A stretch of 61,736 nucleotides of DNA, counting the filler, from Choristocarpus tenellus KU-1152 (taxonomy: Eukaryota; Protista; Phaeophyceae): the NCBI GenBank assembly GCA_964200185.2. It is 9 parts of 9 records of this genome, joined end to end, with 100 filler letters (N's around TTAATTAATTAA, not from the genome) between each part and the next. Parts side by side here need not be neighbours in the genome. Positions count along the whole stretch, not along the records: positions 10,310 to 16,182 come from CAXNAD020009541.1; positions 16,283 to 23,990 come from CAXNAD020005714.1; positions 24,091 to 27,996 come from CAXNAD020017221.1; 6 more parts are not named here. One strand, written 5' to 3'. The position numbers and the translations under genes are program-made. The stretch's first letter is position 1. Every line of letters starts with the position of its first letter. Below the pieces are notes generated by a model. That model searched no databases, was not told where the DNA came from, and was given only the letters and a program-made list of their open reading frames with translations. Shown here piece by piece: positions 13,300 to 25,699 of this stretch.

Positions 13300-14345
13300 T
13301 ATCTCTTCGCCAGCTCGTTATGCATGTTGTGGATCTCTCTCCCCTATAGTTAATGGTATCCCCGAACCTGATGTCCAGCTTGTACTCATCCCCGCCCTTC
13401 CAACAGCGATAGCTGCATCTTCTGCGCATCGAGTTCTCCCACGGTCTCGTTCCCCTCCCAGTTCATATAATGTTCTCTGTACAAGATGTACCCTCCGCAT
13501 CTCCACTCCCATTCCCTTCATCAACCATTCTGCTACCTCATCGCCCAACTCCCGGTTTCTTGGGCTCGTTGTGGTGCTGGGAGCGAAATGTTGACCTCTG
13601 CTTTGCTGACTCAATGACCCAGACCCGAGGCCTCCCCCTTCATCAGAAATATGCTCTTCTCACCAAGAATGAAGGTTCACGAGAGTCAGTCCAGTGTCTG
13701 ATACTCGACCACAAGGGGCGAGATTGTGTCAACCCCTTCGTCCATGTCGACAATTGGGTCTCCAACCCCACATCTCGGTCACAATGCCTGCGCAACGATG
13801 AGCACTGGCACCCCTGGCAACCAAGACCTTCACACTTACGACCAACTCTTCTTGCACAAGGGGAGGTTTTCTTAGTAATGTGAGCATTTCAACCCTCAGT
13901 GACTGAGGACTGCTCTTATAGAAGGCGAGAGAATGACCTCTAGGTCTTCCTCATTCTGTTGGATCCTTATAGAACGATGACTTCAGGGATGGTGAGGGGG
14001 GGTCAAGACCCCCGGTCCAGACAACAAGTCGGGGCTGAGCCGCCCTAAGATGGACATGCTCCCCTTCAGCTGGAGCTACGATGTGGTACTCATCATACTT
14101 TCGTTCGTCCGTGGAGAATTGGTGATGTTTTGGCCAGCGTCGAGGGTTCTGTTCAAGTAGGCTTTGCGCCATATCTCCAGAGGCCAACGGGGACAACGCC
14201 CAGATCTCTCGCTGACTTCCAATCACCACAACCCCACTGCTTCTTCTCCTGCTAAGCCCTGGAACGGCAGTGGCAGTAGAAGCATCCATTGTAGACAAGG
14301 TTGCCCAAGAAAAGTGCGACACCCCTACTATACTATACCCTTTCC
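13300..14345 (-). mobile_element. Heavily decayed retroelement remnant, possibly DIRS-type RT/RNase H
   Basis: Block with broken frames that is purine-rich on the minus strand, similar in composition to 25.7-28 kb. Weak motif echoes only (LG..V....NISLP; GGY). Confidence 0.3.
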
Positions 14346-16147
14346 AGTTTTCTGCCCACTGACAGTTGTGTGATTTCAGCGGAAGTACTGACGTGTGATA
14401 CGAACCTAAACGATCAACTGTTGTGGAGACAAATCTAAATTCAGTTGTTGAAGAACACTATCTGTCCGTTGTACTTGTATTGTACTTCAGTGTCTTTTCG
14501 AACTGCACTTATGACGATGTGGCAATACCGAAATTTACAAAAGAATTCATTTACAACTCATTATTACTGTTGAGACATTTGGACCTTGGACGTTTTGGAT
14601 ATTTGGATATTGGAGTTGGTGTTGTTGGTGTGTAAAAGTTCAATAACAATACTATGATGTGGTATATATACTATTATATGGTATAAAACTATCAAACGTC
14701 ATAAAAATGGACAATAGTAAATGGAGGTGGTGGTGGTTAGGTCATGGAACAGTAAAATACTATTCTATGGGTATATTATTAGTATTATATTACCATGATT
14801 GTGGTGTAAATGGTTCATCTGTACAACTAACAAATACGTCAAAATAGAGTTGGTGACATCATCTTGACATCATGGGGCTATAGTGTAAAAAATAATATAC
14901 AGAATAACATAAGTACAAACATATGTATTTACATATTATTATGCCCTTAGACATTTTGGAGATGTCCTTGTTCTACTAGTTAGTATATTGTATAATAGAA
15001 GCAAAATTTTACCTTAACGTACATCATACCATTAACATTTTATGAATATATATCCCGAGTATATTCTTCACATTTCCATCCCCCAACAGAAAATGTTTGT
15101 GGATAACATATATATGTCTACTTGTACATTTAGTACGTTCGATCTATCCCTACCAGACACATCTAGAAAAAGTTACTACTGGGCATAATATATCTACTCA
15201 TCCAGAGTGTATGTGCTGGTACACTGGTACTTGGCAGTAATCTGTGAGTTGTTCAAATCACCATATACCATTCAGTCCCACACACGAATACCTCAGTTTA
15301 TCATACTTCTGTATCATATAATGGTAAAACTGCTGATCTCAAAACTTACTATAACAATGTTGGTTAGCATTTGTTAGCATGTTTGTACAAGAAGGCGTTG
15401 TTGTTGTGTTCGATTCAGAGTTATTTAGATTGGTTAATAAGAGCTGACATTGTTATTCAACAAAGGTTTTGGAAGTGAAAGGAAGACGCAGAAAACAATT
15501 ATAGTTCGATCATTGACATTAGAAATTCTTCGAAAGTTCTCTATTGTAGTTTTGAAGTAAAACGATGTACAGTGTGGGCAGAGTGACCTCCTGTATCAAC
15601 TTCGATCAACAACAATCTTTTTCAGGAAAATTAATTTATTGTAATCACATCAGCATCCTTAACCTTATTTGATGGGTGTCGGTTGGTCAACTTCCAGCAA
15701 TCCTCAGAAATACACGAGAATACTTAAATCAAGTAGTCCGTACGCATGGTTCGCGCGCGAACCGCGCATTTAGGGATGATTTTGAAGCCGGAAGAGTCAA
15801 TCTTCACCCAGACAACATGGGCGTTGTTGCCTCTCCATTCTCTTTCCATATTTCCTGTTTATGCGATGTTGTCACCTCCTGGCTAAGGTTCACTCATGAT
15901 GGGGGTCCAGGTCTCCAAACCAGACAATCCATGCCAAGTCAAATGAGGTATTCTGAAGGTGCAGGCTTCTATGAGACTTAAATGTCTTGTACACCCTGTC
16001 CAATTTGGTGCACTCCATGTCTTTCTCGTTGGAATATATCAGGTGACTGTGATGATGTCGTATTTTGTTGACTGTATTATGTTACAAAAAACATCAAACA
16101 GGATCGAAGAAATATGGTAATTATTACCTTGGGGATCTGCTTATTAA

Positions 16148-16350
16148 CAGCCAATTCTCAAAATTGAGGATGGAGCGGGACTNNNNNNNNNNNNNNNNNN
16201 NNNNNNNNNNNNNNNNNNNNNNNNNNTTAATTAATTAANNNNNNNNNNNNNNNNNNNNNNNNNNNNNNNNNNNNNNNNNNNNCCGTGCATCATTTTGGGT
16301 CAAACTCATCCTCCATGGTATGCTCCATCCTCAATTTTCCTGAGAGGCTG
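16148..16350. mobile_element. TTAA-flanked inverted-repeat element ends on both sides of a linker
   Basis: ttaa|cagcc...aaaattgaggatggagc (16144-16176) is the inverse of gctccatcctcaatttt...ggctg|ttaa (16322-16354). Confidence 0.6.
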
Positions 16351-17135
16351 TTAAATGCGTGCAGCAGTGGTTGTAGTTGTACTGAGTGACGGAAACACTC
16401 GAGGGATGCACAAGGTCAACACACCTCCTGTCTGTGGACTGTGCCGATACAACATGCAAACAAGACGGAAAACAAATCTTTGTACTTTACCCACATGCTA
16501 CCAAGTCCAAAATACATGTTTGCAGTCACAACAACAAAGAGGAGTTCGAGGTAAATCACGAGAAAAATATTGAGAGCAAAGAAAGCAGCACACAGCTAAA
16601 CAGTAGTTGCAACAATGATTAGGTCACGAGGGGGGAGGTAGATTGTAACAGTTTTTCTTTGTACCGAGGTTGTCCTGATCTCTGAAGTACGAGAAACGGA
16701 TAGTGAATACAGGTTGTCCATATGGAAACAAGAAAACTCACACATTGTCGTCAACCGGTTGTCTATACAATGATGATGCCTAAGTAGAGTTCCGTGTCCA
16801 ACTAGCGCAGGAAGCTGTGATGGTTGCATGAAACACGGAAAGCATAATAAGGAGATAGAAAAAATAGAAAACAAGAATGATAACATAACGCTACTACTAC
16901 AAGTAAAGCGGAACAGAACGGATAGCAATAATAGCGCTGACGTGAGTTAGCGAACGCACCCCATGCACCAATAAGCACAGGAGGACAACAAAGAGGGTAG
17001 TGTTGTCCACAATAAACAAGGCACGGAGCTGTGAAAAAAAAAACACCACGAAAAAGGGTAAAAAATATATTACATAGACGTTTGCGGGACGTCACCACAA
17101 GGACCTCCTTCACTAAACATTTACACACAAACAAA

Positions 17136-17274
17136 CCGGGTTCTTCATCACATATACATTTTACCTACTACGAAAAATTTTGAGGGAGGAAAATGTCATA
17201 AAAAAAAACATTGGAAACCGAGCCCCAAATGGATAAAAAGGGCAAAACTCGTACCCTCTAAGATACTTTCACTC
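17136..17274 (-). mobile_element. MITE family A, truncated copy
   Basis: Ends gggcaaaactcgtaccctctaagatactttcactc. Confidence 0.85.
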
Positions 17275-17649
17275 CGGTCATTATTGCTGCTGTCATCCAT
17301 GTGCATGTCCTTATTGTTTCCCTTCTGCTCCCAAACCGCCCATTTCCTCGTGGTATTAGTCCGTACATGTTGTCTGTTGTTTGTACAAGGTAGTATCAAG
17401 TTTGAACTTAATTATGCCTCGGCACCTTAGTTGAAAGACTTGATCGACGATAGGCACACCAGTGGCCTTGCGCTTTCCTGCCTATGGGCGAGCATGTGAT
17501 TTTTTGGAGTATATACTAAGGAGACGACAACAAGATGAACCAGTTTACATACCAGCTTGTAGCGTGTTGGAGAAGCGTGGTTCTATGACAGTAGAGAGTA
17601 TCCAGAGTGGCGTTTTAACGATGCTGACAAAGACCCAAACCACTCAAGA

Positions 17650-17872
17650 AGGTAGGAGTTTTGCCCCGTTTGTCCGTTCAGGGCTTCGTTTCCCACGTTT
17701 TTTTAATGCCTTTTTTTGACTTTCTGTGTGAACACAGTTACCTAAAATGTTTACGACTTTGAAAGTGTGCCTGGAGCAAGGATATTGACGCTTGCTAACA
17801 AACATTGATAGTCAAAATACATCAAGAGCACAACATTGGATTTATGACCCTGAGCAGATGCGCCCATCTTAA
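17650..17872 (+). mobile_element. MITE family A, old degenerate copy
   Basis: Contains gagttttgccccgtttgtccgtt, aaggatattgacgctt and acaacattggattt, matching the family interior. TIRs are eroded. Confidence 0.75.
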
Positions 17873-17984
17873 ATGGATTAGGTCAAATATGTGAAAAGTT
17901 CATATTTTTGGTACAAATGCATGTAGAATATTTTTTTTGAATTGTGTTAAAAATTCTCAAAGCATAGTAAGGAAGTCAACACTC

Positions 17985-18398
17985 TCAAGTCAAACTTAGC
18001 ACTTCATCCATAGAAACATGAGTGAATTGCAAAACATTGAAAAACTGGCTTAGGATGGAAAACGACCAAAACCTGGGTACCTCTCGTTTACTTTGGCTCA
18101 GATTTTGTAATTGATTTGTGACCAAATGTTTCCAAGAAGTACGTATCGATACATGGAAGAGGAAGAATTCTGTACCACAGTAAGCCAAAGTTGCCTTTAA
18201 GGATTCTGGGAAAACTGTACAAATTTCGGCTTTTAACAAGTGCGTTTAGGATATTCTCTGAATTGTGTCGAAAAAGAATTGATCAATTTCGACGTGAATG
18301 TGTTCCATTGGCATAAAGTGTGCTTCAACCATCTTGATTACTCCTATCGCTACCAGGAGGGCGATAAATGCCAAGAAATACTTGTTCCTGTTCTCCCT
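17985..18398 (-). pseudogene. Sola-like (DUF7869-type) DDE transposase remnant
   Basis: Minus frame reads RENRNKYFLAFIALLVAIGVIKMVEAHFMPMEHIHVEIDQFF...RIS*THLLKAEICT. This matches the RENKN...L..LV..G.....F..VGHTHEDIDQ.FS.IS transposase signature and has an in-frame stop. The motif is not in the ORF track. Confidence 0.8.
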
Positions 18399-18650
18399 GA
18401 GTGGGGTAACGATGACTTTTACCTAGGAATATATTACGTGGGACATGTATGAATATAGTAGTAGGCCCCTGTCCTCAGGAGCCACCACTGTCCTTGGGGA
18501 ACCCCCACTGTCATCATTTTTTCCCTTCTTAGGATTTTGTTCACATACACAAGTTAGGGTTAGGGTTAGAGTTAGGCTGGAGTTCGATTCACGAAATGAG
18601 TATGGAAAAGTGAAAAGCGGTAGTTCCTTGAGAGGTTGTGGTTCCCACAC
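18399..18650 (-). mobile_element. Non-autonomous element carrying a TTAGGG tract (family T)
   Basis: Interior ttggggaacccccactg...catacacaagttagggttagggttagagttagg is the reverse-complement homolog of 28629-28722. Ends gagtggggtaac / gttcccacac are roughly inverted. Confidence 0.65.
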
Positions 18651-18693
18651 GATACTCCTTCCCCTCTTCTTCTAGAATGTTTGCTTGGCTGGA

Positions 18694-18950
18694 GAGCGAA
18701 AATATCTTAGAGGGTACAAGTTTTGCCCTGTTTGTTCGTTTGGGGCTTGGGTTCCCATGGGTATTTTATGGCATTTTCCTACTCCGAAATGTTTCGGAGT
18801 AGGTAAAATGTGTGTATGTTATAAAAAGGTGTGTCCAAAACAAGGATATTGACGCTTCCTAACAAACACAATACCCAAAATTACATCAAAGTCACAACAA
18901 AGGATTTTGATCCCCAAATGGAGGCTGTACCCTCTAAGATACTTTGACTC
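18694..18950 (+). mobile_element. MITE family A, full copy
   Basis: gagcgaaaatatcttagagggtac ... gtaccctctaagatactttgactc. TSD not retained. Confidence 0.9.
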
Positions 18951-19414
18951 TTTGTGCCGAGAAGACCAGGTTGAATATGAAATGGAAGGAAGATCGGAAA
19001 GGGATGTTTCTATTGTTTTCTTGTTGTGGAAAAGGCACAGCAGACAAGTTAGGCATCATCGTGGGAATTCAACATGCATGCAATAGTGTTACAGTACACT
19101 ACAAAGCTTACTTCCATGGGATGTATAGTTCCAGTCCACAAGCCTATAGATGGCGCTGATGCCTGTACAAGACTTCTGAGATACTCCGACACTCAAAAGG
19201 TCCAACGAAAATGGTGAATATTAGGTCACCAGATGAAGGTATACTCTCAGTCAATGTAAGAGTACAACATGGATTAAGAGAGAGTGACTGGTATGTAGCG
19301 CTGACCATCAATCCATTTTGAGTATATAGGCGCCGTAATACATCTGAAAACCGTATTACTCTTAAGTAACAGATCTTACTCTGCAACTTTAGCAAATCGG
19401 AGTTTCCCTTTTTT

Positions 19415-19488
19415 GGGTTCCACGCGCGCGTTTACTGCTCGCACTGGTAAGAGCGCGAGAAGAGATACTTGCGCTATTCGCCTGTAAC
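19415..19488 (+). repeat. CpG-rich dispersed repeat, probable transposon terminus (second copy 28097-28170; core motif repeated at 21810-21831 and 21866-21887)
   Basis: gggttcc..cgcgcgt.tactgctcgc...agcgcg.gaaga.atact.gcgcta.tcgcctgtaac occurs in both places. Confidence 0.75.
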
Positions 19489-20570
19489 TATACAAGGAAC
19501 TAAAGGAACAACCCATGTTGCTGTTACCTTGCGTTTACACGGTTCAACTGGTGTTGGGGGTCTTTAACGGCGTGCAGGCTCTGCATCGTTTTGCTGAGTT
19601 TCGCTCCCGTCATGTGTGAGTCTAAGGTCAATATGTGGCATCTCCAAATCCTCTTCGACACCAGCGGATATCTAAATTCTTTCTGAAAGGCACCCTGAGT
19701 GATTCTCTCCAGAAAACAAACGAGATACTTTCCCCACCTGGCCCTCCTTACTCGACTTTCTCCTACGAATCTCCAATTGACATCCATGCACTCCCATTTT
19801 TTCCTCTTAACCTACCATCAGGACGCTGGTTCTCACTGTCGCAATAACTGGTGTTACGCTTACATTGTGCAGGCTGATACAGCAACACAACATAGTGTGA
19901 CAGTTTCATGAAATTTCAGCAAAAAAAAGGGTTGTTTGGCCGAAACGGACCCCCCCTCACAAACCACCCCCTCCCCCAAGATACTTTGACTCGTTACAAT
20001 ATGTGCGAAAGATCCCTGGTCTAAACTCGACATGACTGACGCTTGACCTACGGCAGCATCGACTAGTATGACGAAGTTCTCGTACTGCCAAGGATTGACG
20101 GTAAAAAACCCACATCAAATGAACAGTACCGAAGTCGGTCAGTGAGCAGGGCAATCATGTCGAATGGGGCAAGTTCAACTGGGTCGAGGTCAGACCTGTG
20201 TTGGAGGTTAACTCTCAACTCACGCACAAAAATATCAACAGACTCGATCATCCTCCTCGTAAAACCCCTGACATCCTGCCTGGGTTCTTGAGGTTTGTCA
20301 AAATCATGTTGCAAAAGGTTCTACCTACTTAAGGCTAGCAGTAACAAAATCTTCTCATTATTACGAAAAAAAGATCGAACGCTTGTTTGGTCCGCACATG
20401 TCGCCCAAGATCTCTGATCATACATGGTTTCAACAGATTGGCGGTTTACGATAGGAAAGGTGCCCACACCATTCTTATAAATGGTGAACAACTTTCCAAA
20501 ATAAGACACTTACAACAACCTTATTCTTCCACACACCAAAAAACATCATAGGCAAGTAAGTCTTTGTAGG

Positions 20571-20746
20571 GGCTCAAATTTATCTGGGGGGGGTGGCGGC
20601 TGTCCATTTGGGGTCAATTTTTTCATGTCGCAATTTTGGGTGAATTGGTTGCATGTCTGATGGATAAGGTAAACACACTTTTCCTGATTTTGTGACCCAA
20701 ATAGACACCCCTGGCGTAGATCCTCCCCCTCCAGATACTTTGGGTC
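20571..20746 (+). mobile_element. MITE family B, full copy with 4-bp TSD TAGG
   Basis: ggctcaaatttatctgggggg ... ccagatactttgggtc. Flanked by tagg at 20567-20570 and 20747-20750. Confidence 0.92.
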
Positions 20747-21246
20747 TAGGATCAACGGTATTTGATGAAGAGGTGACTTGAATTGAGTGCATCAGAAGTA
20801 GAAAAACTATCGGACACCAGATTTTTTCTACTCATCATGTTCAAAGTTTGCATGACTACCGCCACTAAGCCTTGGTGATGAGGAGTACCACGAATTGCCT
20901 CAACTATTTCTTTTCGTAGACAAGCTGTAGGTCCATGTATGTTTGAGTATCGAATGTCTCCGTCGTGCTGGTTCCGCCCGTCTCGTCTTCGTCTTTTTGC
21001 CAGCACACTAAATCGGTTCAGACCCGGATAACGAGCTGGGCCTTCCCTCAACCTCTGGTCCATCACCCCTTCCTTCCTGCTCACGCGAGCCACCATGGGT
21101 ACCTTGTCTACAGGTGTACACACAGGAGCTGGTAGAACTTGGGTACTAGTAGTACCCCCCTCTTTATACCTCCTTCAGTTCCAGTGCTGGTAGTTGCTTT
21201 CTTCTTCCCTTTATCTGCAGAGGCCTTTCTCTTTGCTGATGGAAAC

Positions 21247-21283
21247 GGAATTGGAATTGGAATTGGAATTGGAATTGGGATTT
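21247..21283. repeat. (GGAATT)n microsatellite
   Basis: Five perfect ggaatt units plus one degenerate unit. Reads IPIPIPIPIP in a minus-strand ORF. Confidence 0.9.
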
Positions 21284-22101
21284 GAAGTGGTCTCTCACTT
21301 CTCTGTGTCTCGTACATCTGGATTTGGTCAGACAAAATGTGAAAGCGTGTGCCCCCTTGAACACTCGGCATGAGTACCACTATGGATATGTCAAGGCGCA
21401 AAGGCTCTCCACAAAAGAGTTCACAATCACCAGACTGAACCCTTCCACCACAAAGGACTAGACCAAGTTTTACAGGTCTTGGCCCAGCATCCCAACGTCA
21501 GTTGAGGAAATTCAGAACAAGAACCAAAACCTTAGTGCACAACAGATGTCACAGAATGACTGAGCAACGTCACAGCAGAAAAATGGGTAAGTCAGAATCG
21601 GAATGGATCTTCGTTCTGACAGTCCTTCTGACTGTTTGGTCAATTCCGGATCTTATTATGGGTGTACCTAGTTTTGTGGTCAACATGGATTTCAAATCCG
21701 ACACGTGCGACCAAATCACATAAAAAAAGTACTTGTCAGAACTCGAGAAACAATCCTCACACTATACGTCTGTTACAAATGTTCATATTTCCTAAAATAT
21801 GAGAAAATGCTCGCGCTATTCGCGTGTAACATATGCTCGCACTTCGTTGAACACAAGAAGAAACGCTCGTGCTATTCGCCTGTGACACAGGTACTGATAA
21901 CAAATCTCGAGACACTTGTGGACCCACACAATCTTCTAAAGGAGGTGCATGTGCACCTACGGCACCATCCATACCCCGATATGTCCACTGCCAACATACA
22001 ACGAAGACAAAAAGTGTACATTTTGCCAGCCAAACTTGATGGGGAGGTAGGTGATATCATTGGAAGTGGGGGGGAGTGGATACATCCATTTTTTCCACTT
22101 T

Positions 22102-22367
22102 GAGTCAAACCAATTGAAAGGTAGGTAGGATTTGCATTTAAAGGATCCCGAGAGAGGGCAAAAGCGACCATTTTGTTCAACTGCATAAAGAGCCTTTGTT
22201 AATTGTGGTGTGATTTGGTTTGTAGAAAGGGGGAATATCAATTTTATGAACACTATTGTGCACATAAGCCAATGAAATAGAATGTATAACGTAAGAACAC
22301 AGGGTAAGAAAGGCAACTTACAATTCGAAAGGGTCCAGACCTGCCTACCTCTGAATTGGTTTGGCTC
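22102..22367 (-). mobile_element. MITE family C, full copy
   Basis: TIRs gagtcaaaccaattgaaaggtaggtagg ... cctgcctacctctgaattggtttggctc. Flanks cttt/tttt. Homologous to 48317-48587 in the opposite orientation. Confidence 0.85.
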
Positions 22368-22581
22368 TTTTAGTATGTGTGTAATGTGAGTTCTAACTTT
22401 GTACATACTATTTCAAACGACTGGGGTATGATTTGGAAAGAGTACGGGATGTTTTCTTTTACATACACGTTGACTTGAGAGGGAAGAAGATGTTCGATTA
22501 AATTCTTCCAACTCTATCGGACAGTTACAGTAAAATATGTATGGAGTAACAGAACAATCAATTAGTGGTTGAGTTATTAGA

Positions 22582-22680
22582 GAGTGAAACTATCTTAGAG
22601 GGTACGAATTTTTCCCTGTTTGTCTCCATTTGGGGATTGGCTTCCCATGGTTTTTCATGACATTTTCCTACTCCTAAACA
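22582..22680 (+). mobile_element. MITE family A, left-half fragment
   Basis: gagtgaaactatcttagagggtacg...cattttcctactcc. Confidence 0.85.
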
Positions 22681-22800
22681 GTTTAGGTCATCACCTTTAT
22701 CTTCTTTGATGATTTTGGGGATACTCTAACACAATATATTGAACCTTAGGTTTTCACCCATCATTTCATTACGTCTACACGAGGAGATGCGATTCAAGAA

Positions 22801-23990
22801 TTGCGGGAACCTGTTCCTTCCGAGGGCCCATCTGTCCAAGAATTCAGACAGCCTATGGTGACCGTAGCGGAGTTGTCAAGAAACGTTGGCAATCTCATGG
22901 TTCAGTCTGAAAGAGTTGGCGACGGAAATCATCCCGTCGTCCAGGCCGCTGTGCCCAGCACACGACCTCCGGCTCGGGACGTACCAGTCGAAGTGGGTCC
23001 TATGGAACCCATGTTGAGGCCAAATTTCCCGGAGAGGGGAAACAGTTTGGATGCTGGGAGCATCAGAAGTGGAGCAAGCCGGAGGTCCAGTTCTTCGGAG
23101 AGCTTGGGGTCTGGCACACATATTGTTCGCCCTACGACAAAGAGATCAAGAACCCAACCACCGAAACTATTGGACGACTCGGACTACAGGGACTGGCGGA
23201 GGCTTATCATCGTGCATTGCAGATATACTCACTGTTTGGATGCGTTGACAAGTGAAAGACCAGTCAATCAAGAACGCTCCTACGAGGAACTTTTCTCAGA
23301 TGGCTTCAGTGCAAATGATATCTGGCTGGCCGAAGAGGCCTACCATGCACTTACTGTTGCTCTCGTTGCACCCACCACCAGGGCACTGTGCTATACGCAC
23401 CAAAGCCCGGGCGAGCTTTTCCGAGCTATAGATGATTGTTCCGTGAGGTTTTCACTTCAAAGGTGGAGAAGGGGGCGAATCCAATCCTGACCTTAAACCA
23501 CCTGGAAGAGCAGCGGGGGAGGATGCTATCAATGGACGTGGTGATCTCGGACAAGCTGCTGCTCCTAGAGTTCCTGAGTGCTCTCGGATCAGATTACGAT
23601 ACCGAGATACGCATGATGTCTCACAGAGAATTAATTCTATGTCGAGCAGATGTAGAGAAAACTGCTAGAGAGTAATTTGCTTCCCTACATCAGGGCAAGG
23701 ACTCAAGACACAAGAACAGCTATGCTTTGGTCGCTAACAGCTCATCGCAAGGGAAGAGTCAGCATCGTCGCAACGGCCATGCTCCCCACACCAACGTCGA
23801 CATTATCCTCTTCCACCGCTCTTATGGCCACGCACACGAGGCATTGCTCAAGTCCACCGCCACTTCAATGGGCATTACATTGGTGGGTGAGCTGGAGCCA
23901 TGTGCGGGCTGCTCTATGTCCAAGGGCATACGGAAGGGCGTTCGGTCCAGCACGTCTACGAGGGCGGTAAGAAAGCTGGATCGGGTTTTT
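22801..23990 (+). pseudogene. Ty1/Copia LTR-retrotransposon gag plus GAG-pre-integrase, disrupted
   Basis: Gag-like DYRDWRR...LDAL and FLSALGSDYDTEIR (UBN2-like). Then FHRSYGHAHEALLK...LVGELEPCAGCSMSKG...R..RKLDRVF, the H-G-H / CxxC pre-integrase motif. Frameshift near 23440 and stop at 23673. Confidence 0.88.
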
Positions 23991-24576
23991 NNNNNNNNNN
24001 NNNNNNNNNNNNNNNNNNNNNNNNNNNNNNNNNNTTAATTAATTAANNNNNNNNNNNNNNNNNNNNNNNNNNNNNNNNNNNNNNNNNNNNGCATAATTCT
24101 TGACTGAGAGACCAATGACCTCAGCTACAACAGAATATACACATCGGTGCTTTGCAGCACAATCACGCCTATACATAACACAGACTACACATATTACTCA
24201 TCGGTGCTTCGCAACATCGTGATTCCTCATCGCTAGTAGTCTACGCATTTTACCTACATGTACGATGCATTCGATTCAGGTTTCAACGGTTTGTTGATCT
24301 TTTCGAGAAACATATAGTTTTACGTATTTACAGAGGATACACATAGGTAGCAGAATGAATGAATGGGATACGCTTATTTGCCCTATGTAACTTATAATAT
24401 ATTATGTGAAAGGTGTCGGTGGCGGTTGCAGATTGGGAGAACAAAATGATACTGGTTTGGATGACAGGATAGGACGTTATGGGAGGAATTTAAGTGGGTT
24501 AGAGGGGATATATGGGGGTATGTGACATCTGTACATGGACAGCGTGGATTCATTCGTGTGGGGAATTGTTCTACTC

Positions 24577-25194
24577 CTAGAAGCAATAAGAAGCGTTACT
24601 CACCTTGTCCGTCTGTGACATGTGAATAGTTGGCACTCCATCAACAAAGCTAGCACTCAGCACCTCGAAGTCTTCAGTGACAAAGACGACCTCACCACCA
24701 ACGCCTAACATCCCTCCGTAGCTGGAGTGGTGTCTGGCGTTCCATTGAATCATGTCCTTGCGGTGGAGAGTGAACGGCAAGAACTCTATAGCATTGTACT
24801 CCAATGGCTGCATCCGCACAATGTATATGTTCCCCTCAGCGAGCTGTCTCTTCTTCCTCGACAGCTGACTTCTCAGATACATACCACCCGTTCCCGTTTC
24901 TGCGGAAAATCCGAGGTCTATCTCCTTATGCGGGGGCACGTGGGTTAGTTTGCACCTGCATTGGGCCAGGCTGCCGATGGAACAGTTCGTGCAGTAGCAC
25001 GACAGTTTGGTGTATATCGATGTACGGTAGTCTCCGGTGGTGAGCATACCAGTGAAGAACCTGTGCATGGGCTTGATTCCACTGAGGTTTGGGACACATG
25101 GGTCACGTTGTCCTGCACGGTCAATCTTGTAAGATGGAAGGTGGACTATCTCCTGTGTGCGGAACATGTTGATGTATAGAAGTGGGCAAACCAC
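24577..25194 (-). pseudogene. Probable C-terminal region of a Sola2-like transposase
   Basis: 205-aa ORF with LSGIKPMHRF...KLSCYCTNC..G....C, resembling the G....H.F...SCxCxxC tail of Sola2-type transposases. No catalytic core is visible. Confidence 0.5.
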
Positions 25195-25699
25195 CCTGCA
25201 TAATAATGTGAGAGGACTTTGTGGATAAGACTCTACTGCTTACAATGGTAGACATTTGAGGGCTAATCCTAAGGAAGTTTCGTGGGCATCAATTTCTATA
25301 TTTAGATAATCACCATAGTGAAAGAATGTGATTAAAAAAAGAGAAGGGTGTATGGCCTATGAGTAGGATAATCAGTTCAAGTCAATAATAGGGGTGGGGG
25401 GAGAGAGATTCAGGTCACAAAAAAAAGCAGATATAATGGTAGGGCATGAACGTCTCCAACAATTCAAGTTGCACAAGGAGTGGAAATGGATGTGTGTTCA
25501 ATTGAAAGGAAGATATATTAACAATAGGTGGCAGGTGTCAAAGCAATAGGTGTTGCAGATTCCACCTCAAACTGTATTAAAAAAAAAAAGTGGAAAAAAA
25601 AGACAGTAAAAGGGGAGTCTAATTTCAAAGATGGAAGGAGTGTGTGGGTAACCAAGATTTGGGGTACTAAGAATGTTCTAGACTAATACATATGTGTTA

